A program made the position numbers and the translations under genes. A DNA stretch of 52,570 nucleotides from Pseudomonadota bacterium (GTDB taxonomy: Bacteria; Pseudomonadota; Alphaproteobacteria; Rhodospirillales; 2-02-FULL-58-16), in contig JACZQZ010000003.1 of assembly GCA_022545455.1 (NCBI GenBank), forward strand, positions 1 through 52,570, read 5' to 3'. The notes under the pieces were generated by a model. That model saw only the letters and a program-made list of their open reading frames with translations, made no database searches and had not been told where the DNA came from. Of the stretch, positions 47,461 to 52,570 are shown one piece after another. Numbering within the stretch: the first letter of the stretch is position 1; every line of letters starts with the position of its first letter.

Positions 47461-48209
47461 CAGATCACCTTGGCCTCGTTCCTGAGCTTGTCCACCAGTT
47501 CGGCGACGCTGCCCACCATGACGCCGGCCTGGCGTTTGGACGGCTCCTCCACCTTCAGGGTGGTCAGCCGGGGCGTGACGTCGACCCCGAGGTCGTCCGG
47601 GCTCAACACGTCGATGGCCTTTTTCTTCGCCTTCATGATGTTGGGCAGGGAGGCGTAACGCGGCGTGTTCAGCCTGAGGTCCGTGGTGATCACCGCCGGC
47701 AATTTCAGCGACACCGTCTCCAGCCCGCCGTCGATCTCGCGGGTCACCTCGGCCGCGCCGTCGGCGAGGACGAGTTTGGAGGCGAAGGTTCCCTGCGGCC
47801 AGCCCAGCAACGCCGCCAGCATCTGGCCGGTCTGGTTGGAATCGTCGTCGATGGCCTGCTTGCCGAGGATGACCAGGTCCGGGCTTTCCCGCTCGACCAG
47901 GACCTTCAGCAGCTTGGCGACGGCAAGGGGCTGGAGATCGACGTCGCTCTCGACCAGGATCCCGCGGTCGCAGCCCATGGCCAGCGCCGTGCGGATCGTT
48001 TCCTGGCACGCCGGCGGGCCCATGGAGACGGCGATAAGTTCGGTGACGGTGCCGGCTTCGCGCAGCCGCACCCCCTCCTCGACGGCGATCTCGTCGAAGG
48101 GATTCATGGACATCTTGACGTTGGCCGTCTCGACGCCCGTGTTATCCGACTTGACCCGGATCTTGACATTGAAGTCGATGACCCGTTTGACGGTGACGAG
48201 GACTTTCAT
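47460..48209 (-). CDS. etfB: Electron transfer flavoprotein beta subunit
   Basis: [49 protein letters not shown]. Confidence 0.97.
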   Translation of the reverse strand: MKVLVTVKRVIDFNVKIRVKSDNTGVETANVKMSMNPFDEIAVEEGVRLREAGTVTELIAVSMGPPACQETIRTALAMGCDRGILVESDVDLQPLAVAKLLKVLVERESPDLVILGKQAIDDDSNQTGQMLAALLGWPQGTFASKLVLADGAAEVTREIDGGLETVSLKLPAVITTDLRLNTPRYASLPNIMKAKKKAIDVLSPDDLGVDVTPRLTTLKVEEPSKRQAGVMVGSVAELVDKLRNEAKVI

Positions 48210-48499
48210 GGACGGCCCGCGGATGAACTTGGAAAAGGGTCTTTCCAGGATGGAGAAACCGCTCGCAGGAACGTGCTAACAGGCGGAGTTTGCTGGCAAA
48301 TCCACCGCCGCGCCTTCTCTTCGCACCTGCACACTAAGGGCAAAAAGCCCCCCCTGTCAACGGCGGCCCGGGCGGTGGCGGGGCGATCCCGGACGGGGCC
48401 ACGGAGAAGCGGAAATTCCCAAAATACGTGGTCCGGGAGCCTTTGTCGCGACACGCCGTCCACGGTGTCGCGCCGAACCGGCACACCGCGCACCGGCCA

Positions 48500-49063
48500 C
48501 TAGCGGTTGGCGCCGGGTATCCACAGCACGTCCTTCCTGCCGCGTCCGTTCAGGTGGCGGGCGAGGACGAACAGATGATCGGACAGGCGGTTCGCATAGC
48601 GGATGGCCACCGGGTTCACCGGCTCCTGTCCGGCCAGTTCGGTGATCAGGCGCTCGGCCCGGCGCACCACGGTGCGGCCCAGGTGCAAATGGGCGGCGGG
48701 CGCGCTGCCGCCGGGCAGCACGAAAGAGGCGAGCGGCTCCAGGTCCGCGTTCAAGGCGTCGATTTCCCGCTCCAGCCGCTCCACCTGGGCGTCGACGATG
48801 CGCAACGCGCCGTCGGTCTTGCCGCCTTCTTCGGGCGTGCACAGGTCGGCGCCCAGATCGAACAGGTCGTTCTGGATGCGGCCCAGCATCTCGTCCGCCG
48901 CGCCCGAGGTGTGCAGGCGCGCCATGCCGATGACGCCGTTGGCTTCGTCCACGGTGCCGTAGGCGGCGACCCGGAGCGCGTGCTTGGGAACCCGCTTGCC
49001 GCCGCCGAGCGAGGTCTCGCCCTTGTCCCCGCCCCGCGTGTAAATGCGCGTCAACCGTACCAT
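48500..49063 (-). CDS. PduO-type cob(I)alamin adenosyltransferase
   Basis: IYTRGGDKG.T.L, YGTVDE.N, QNDLFD.GADL, F.LPGG, RTV.RRAER, NRLSD.LF.LAR. Confidence 0.94.
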   Translation of the reverse strand: MVRLTRIYTRGGDKGETSLGGGKRVPKHALRVAAYGTVDEANGVIGMARLHTSGAADEMLGRIQNDLFDLGADLCTPEEGGKTDGALRIVDAQVERLEREIDALNADLEPLASFVLPGGSAPAAHLHLGRTVVRRAERLITELAGQEPVNPVAIRYANRLSDHLFVLARHLNGRGRKDVLWIPGANR

Positions 49064-49074
49064 GGGTCAATTGC

Positions 49075-49281
49075 TCAGCTGTACATCACCGCCGCGAGGA
49101 CGGCGAGCAACGCCACCGCCGCGCCCTGCGCGACGATGCGCAGGCGCATCAGCTTGTTGCCCCAACGGGCGTCGAAGCTGCCGCCCCGGGCCATGGCGAC
49201 GACGCCCGCGACCAACGCCCCCACGGTGACCGCCAGGGCGATGCCGACCAGGACCTTGAGCAATACGGAAAGCAACTCCAT
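49075..49281 (-). CDS. HIG1-domain twin-transmembrane small protein
   Basis: TM-G..GG......NKLMR.R...Q-TM pattern; directly upstream of the pduO-type gene. Confidence 0.85.
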   Translation of the reverse strand: MELLSVLLKVLVGIALAVTVGALVAGVVAMARGGSFDARWGNKLMRLRIVAQGAAVALLAVLAAVMYS

Positions 49282-49400
49282 GGCCCCGAATATACAGCCA
49301 ATCGCCCGGCGCCGGCAATTTCCATGGAAGGCCGGTCGAATCGGGCCCCGCGCCTTGCCGCCGTCACCGGCGGGATCGGCGATACCGGGCGTGGAGGAGG

Positions 49401-49835
49401 TTAGCCCCCCGCGGATTCGCGGCGCGGCGCGATGACGGGAACGGGCGCGACGTCCGTGCCGGCAACCGCGACGTTGTCGACCAGCGGTTTCAGGGTGTCA
49501 TGCAGGTGGCGCACGACGCCGTCGCGGTATTCCTCCCGGATCAGGCACCAGCTCACGTACAGCCCGCCGTTGATTTCGTAGCCCATGATGTCGCCGTTGC
49601 GGCCGACGTGGTGGAAGGTGTCCGCCAGGTCTTCGGTGTGGCCCACGAACACCCACGCCGGCCGCACGCCGGCGTGCCAGACCACGTAGACCCCGCCGAG
49701 CCCGGACAACCCCTCCGCTTCGGGGTCGAGTCTGATCAGGCGGTGGAAGCGACCGTGCGCGGATATGGCCCAGTTGGGATCCATCGGCCCGTCGGACACG
49801 ATGGGCTTGACCTTACTTCTGCCAAACAACGGCAT
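49401..49835 (-). CDS. Hypothetical protein, possibly a degenerate GIY-YIG fold
   Basis: AGGAG RBS; GVYVVW...FVGHTEDL and LKP...N pattern. Confidence 0.6.
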   Translation of the reverse strand: MPLFGRSKVKPIVSDGPMDPNWAISAHGRFHRLIRLDPEAEGLSGLGGVYVVWHAGVRPAWVFVGHTEDLADTFHHVGRNGDIMGYEINGGLYVSWCLIREEYRDGVVRHLHDTLKPLVDNVAVAGTDVAPVPVIAPRRESAGG

Positions 49836-50098
49836 CTCCTCAGATACCCGGGCCCCGCCGGGGCGGCGTCACGGCTCCCGGTGTTGGCGCGGCGGCGGCT
49901 CCCCGCGGGGGAAACCGGCGGCGCGGGCCGCGGTCCCACCGGCCTCCGTCCGCGGCATCGGACGGAAACCGCCTTGCATGGCAGTGTTATGCATCCGTGG
50001 TTGCAAAATGGTTAATTTCCGCGTTTCCGCGGGTTCTTCGTTCGATGCGGAGCCCCGGACGTTGGCCGCCTTTATACCAATGTTCGATGATATCGGTA

Positions 50099-51960
50099 TT
50101 ACCCCAGGGGCCGGGTCGCGGTCTCGAGCCAGCGTGCGGTGTCGGCGTCCACCAGCGGGGTCAGCGCCTCGCGGACGCCGGCGTGGTAGGCGTCCAGCCA
50201 CGCCCTTTCGCCGCCGGTCACCAGGGAGGGCTCGACCAGGGTTACGTCGATGGGGGCGAGGGTCAGGGTCTCGAAGCCGAGCAGGTCCTTTTCCGCCCCC
50301 TCCGGCGCCTCGGCCGGCGTCACCGTGACCAGGTTCTCGATGCGGATTCCATAGGCCCCGGTCTTGTAGTAGCCCGGTTCGTTGGAGACCACCATGCCGG
50401 GCTCCAGGGCGACCCGGTTGGGCCGCTTGGCGACCCGTTGCGGCCCCTCGTGCACGCACAGGTAAGCCCCGACTCCGTGGCCGGTGCCGTGGTCGTAGTC
50501 CAGCCCCGCCTCCCACAGCGCCCGCCGGGCCAGGGTGTCGAGCTGGGAACCGGTGGTGCCCTTGGGAAACCGCGCCGTGGCGATGGCGATGTGGCCCTTG
50601 AGCACGCGGGTGAAGCGGTCGCGCATCTCGTCCGTCGGTTCCCCGATGGCCACCGTGCGGGTGACGTCGGTGGTCCCGTCCAGGTACTGGGCGCCCGAAT
50701 CGACCAGGTAAAGCGACCCCGGCTCCAGGACCCGGTTGGTCTTTTCGGTGACCCGGTAGTGGACGATGGCGCCGTTGGCGCCGGCGCCGGAAATGGTGGG
50801 AAAACTGAGGCCCCGGAAGTGCTTGCCTTGGCGCCGCAGGCCTTCCAGCCGCTCGGCGGCCGCCATCTCGGTGACGCCGCCGGCCGGCGCCGTCGCCGCC
50901 AGCCAAGCCAGGAAACGGCTGAGCGCCGCGCCGTCGCGCCGGTGGGCGGCGCGTATGCCCTTCAGCTCGACGGGGGTCTTGCGCGCCTTGGGCAGGGCGC
51001 AGGGGTCGGGCCCCCGGGACAGCCTGGCGCCCGCCTTCTTCAGGCGGTCGAACACCCAGGCCGGCGCGCCGGCCGGGTCGACGCGCACCGTCTTGCGGGC
51101 GCCGCCCAGCCGGTCCAGGGCCGGGCCGAAGGCGCCGGGCCCGCGGACCGTGACGTCTTTGTCCAGGTGCCGTTCCACGCCCTTGGTCAGCTTGCGGCGG
51201 TCGACGAACAGGTCCACGGTCCCGTCGGCGTCCAATACGGCGAAAGCGAGGGCGAGGGGGGTAAAGGGCACGTCGCCGCCGCGCAGGTTGAGCAGCCAGG
51301 CGATGGAATCCGGGGCCGTCAGCACGGCCGCGTCCACCTTGTCATCGGCCAGGGTTGCGGCCACCCGGCGGCGTTTCTCGTCCGAGGTCACGCCGGTGAA
51401 GGTGGTGCTCTGCGCCACCACGGGCGCAATGGGCGGCGGCGGCTGGTTGCGCCACACCGCGTCCACGGGGTTGTCGGCGGCGGCCACCAGCCTGGCCCCG
51501 GCCTTTTCGCAGGCGGCGCCCAGGTGCGCCACCTGGTCCGGCGTGTGCAGCCAGGGATCGTAGGCCAGCCGCGCCTTGGTCGGCAGGTGGGCGGCGATCC
51601 ACTCGCCGGGCGGGCCGTCGGCCGGCGGCGGAAACTCGTACAGGGCGGCGTCCACTTCGGCGCGCGCCTGCAAGGTGTAGCGTCCGTCGACGAACACGGC
51701 GGCGCGGTCCCTGAGCACCACCGCCGTGCCCGCCGAGCCGGTGAACCCGGTCAGCCAGGCCAGGCGCTCGGCCCGCCTCGGCACGTATTCCCCCTGATGC
51801 TCGTCGGCCCGGGGCACGATGAAGCCGTGCAGCCGGCGCCGCTTCAGCTCGCCCAGCAGGGCCGCCAGCCGGGCCGGCGCCTCGTTTCCCGGGCCGTCCA
51901 GGCCGTCGTCGGCCGAGGCCGCCAGCCGCGCCCTGAGGGCGGCCAGCTGGCCGGCAAGCT
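50099..51960 (-). CDS. Aminopeptidase P (Xaa-Pro aminopeptidase); 5' end lost at a chimeric junction
   Basis: PRADEHQGEY, WLTGFTGSAG, DSGAQYLDGTTD.TRT, HGTGHGVG..L.VHEGP, SNEPGYY...GIRIENL; the frame stays open upstream of 51817 to a stop at 51983-51985 with no start codon. Confidence 0.9.
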
Positions 51961-52570
51961 CGGCGCGCTGGGGGCGACGATCTCAGGCGCCGGACCGGCC
52001 GTGCTCGTTTGGTGCTCCTCGCAGAGCTCGGGCGATATCGCTGAGAAGCTGCGCTCGCATGTGGGCGACTCGGCCGAGGTGCGGCCGGTGCCGTTCTCGT
52101 CGCGCGCCGTGTAGAAGACGTGCCAGTTGTTGCCGTCGTACACCATCTCCGGGTCTTCGACCCCAAGGGCTTCGTGCGGGTAGCTGGGGCTCAGCGCCGC
52201 AATGGTGCTGATCAGCTGGACCGATCCGACATCGCTGGCCGTTCCCCAGAAAATCTCGCCGTCGATGCCGTAGGCGATGGCTTTTTGTGCGATCGTGCGC
52301 GATGCGGTCTGTTTCTCGCGCGGGATCGAGATGGCCCACTGATTGTTCTGCACGATCATGATCATCGGGACGTTGAAGACCGCGGCGAAATTCATGGCCT
52401 CGTGAAAATTGATTATTTTTCTCCTGCCAATGCTAGCTTGTAATTCTGATTCGGTAAGTTTACTCGGATTATTATCATCCAGATTTTCATTCGCTTCCCG
52501 CATCCGCTCTTCCGTAATATTAGCCCTTCTTGCCGTCTGGACTAACCTGGTAGTTGTCCATCCAAACCTT
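51960..52570. other. Concatenated unrelated gene fragments (probable assembly chimera)
   Basis: thrB-like GALGATISGAGP (+), glycosidase-like GVEDP...WHVFYTA (-), PDH/BCKDH E1-alpha FHEAMNFAAVF...QNNQWAIS (-), then an abruptly low-GC tail. Confidence 0.75.

Overview
High-GC alphaproteobacterial (Rhodospirillales-like) chromosomal segment, mostly housekeeping and transport genes. These include icd, a LOG protein, psd-pssA, two peptide/nickel-type ABC systems, DinF-type MATE, rpoH, HU, prpB, a D-carbamoylase, rnhB-ccrM, etfBA-hbd, pduO and aminopeptidase P, plus one AbrB/Doc toxin-antitoxin pair. I see no transposase, integrase, CRISPR array, rRNA or tRNA. The most striking signal is non-coding: five copies of a structure-conserved intergenic element (1-82 partial, 3612-3848, 8130-8399, 17490-17759, 19571-19840). 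Three complete copies are exactly 270 bp. Each complete copy has 36-bp terminal inverted repeats whose sequence differs between copies, closing a four-way junction with two ~21-bp arms that carry a related internal-loop motif on opposite strands. This suggests a non-autonomous mobile or recombination element recognised by shape rather than sequence. Other candidates: an FNR-box-driven ~100-nt sRNA, a tandem 119-bp structured motif upstream of an NHL-protein/MCP pair bracketed by GTCYGCT..AGCGGAC hairpins, tandem NrdR-like boxes upstream of ccrM, and a missed 40-aa membrane peptide. The last ~600 bp looks like a chimeric concatenation of unrelated short gene fragments, probably an assembly artefact.
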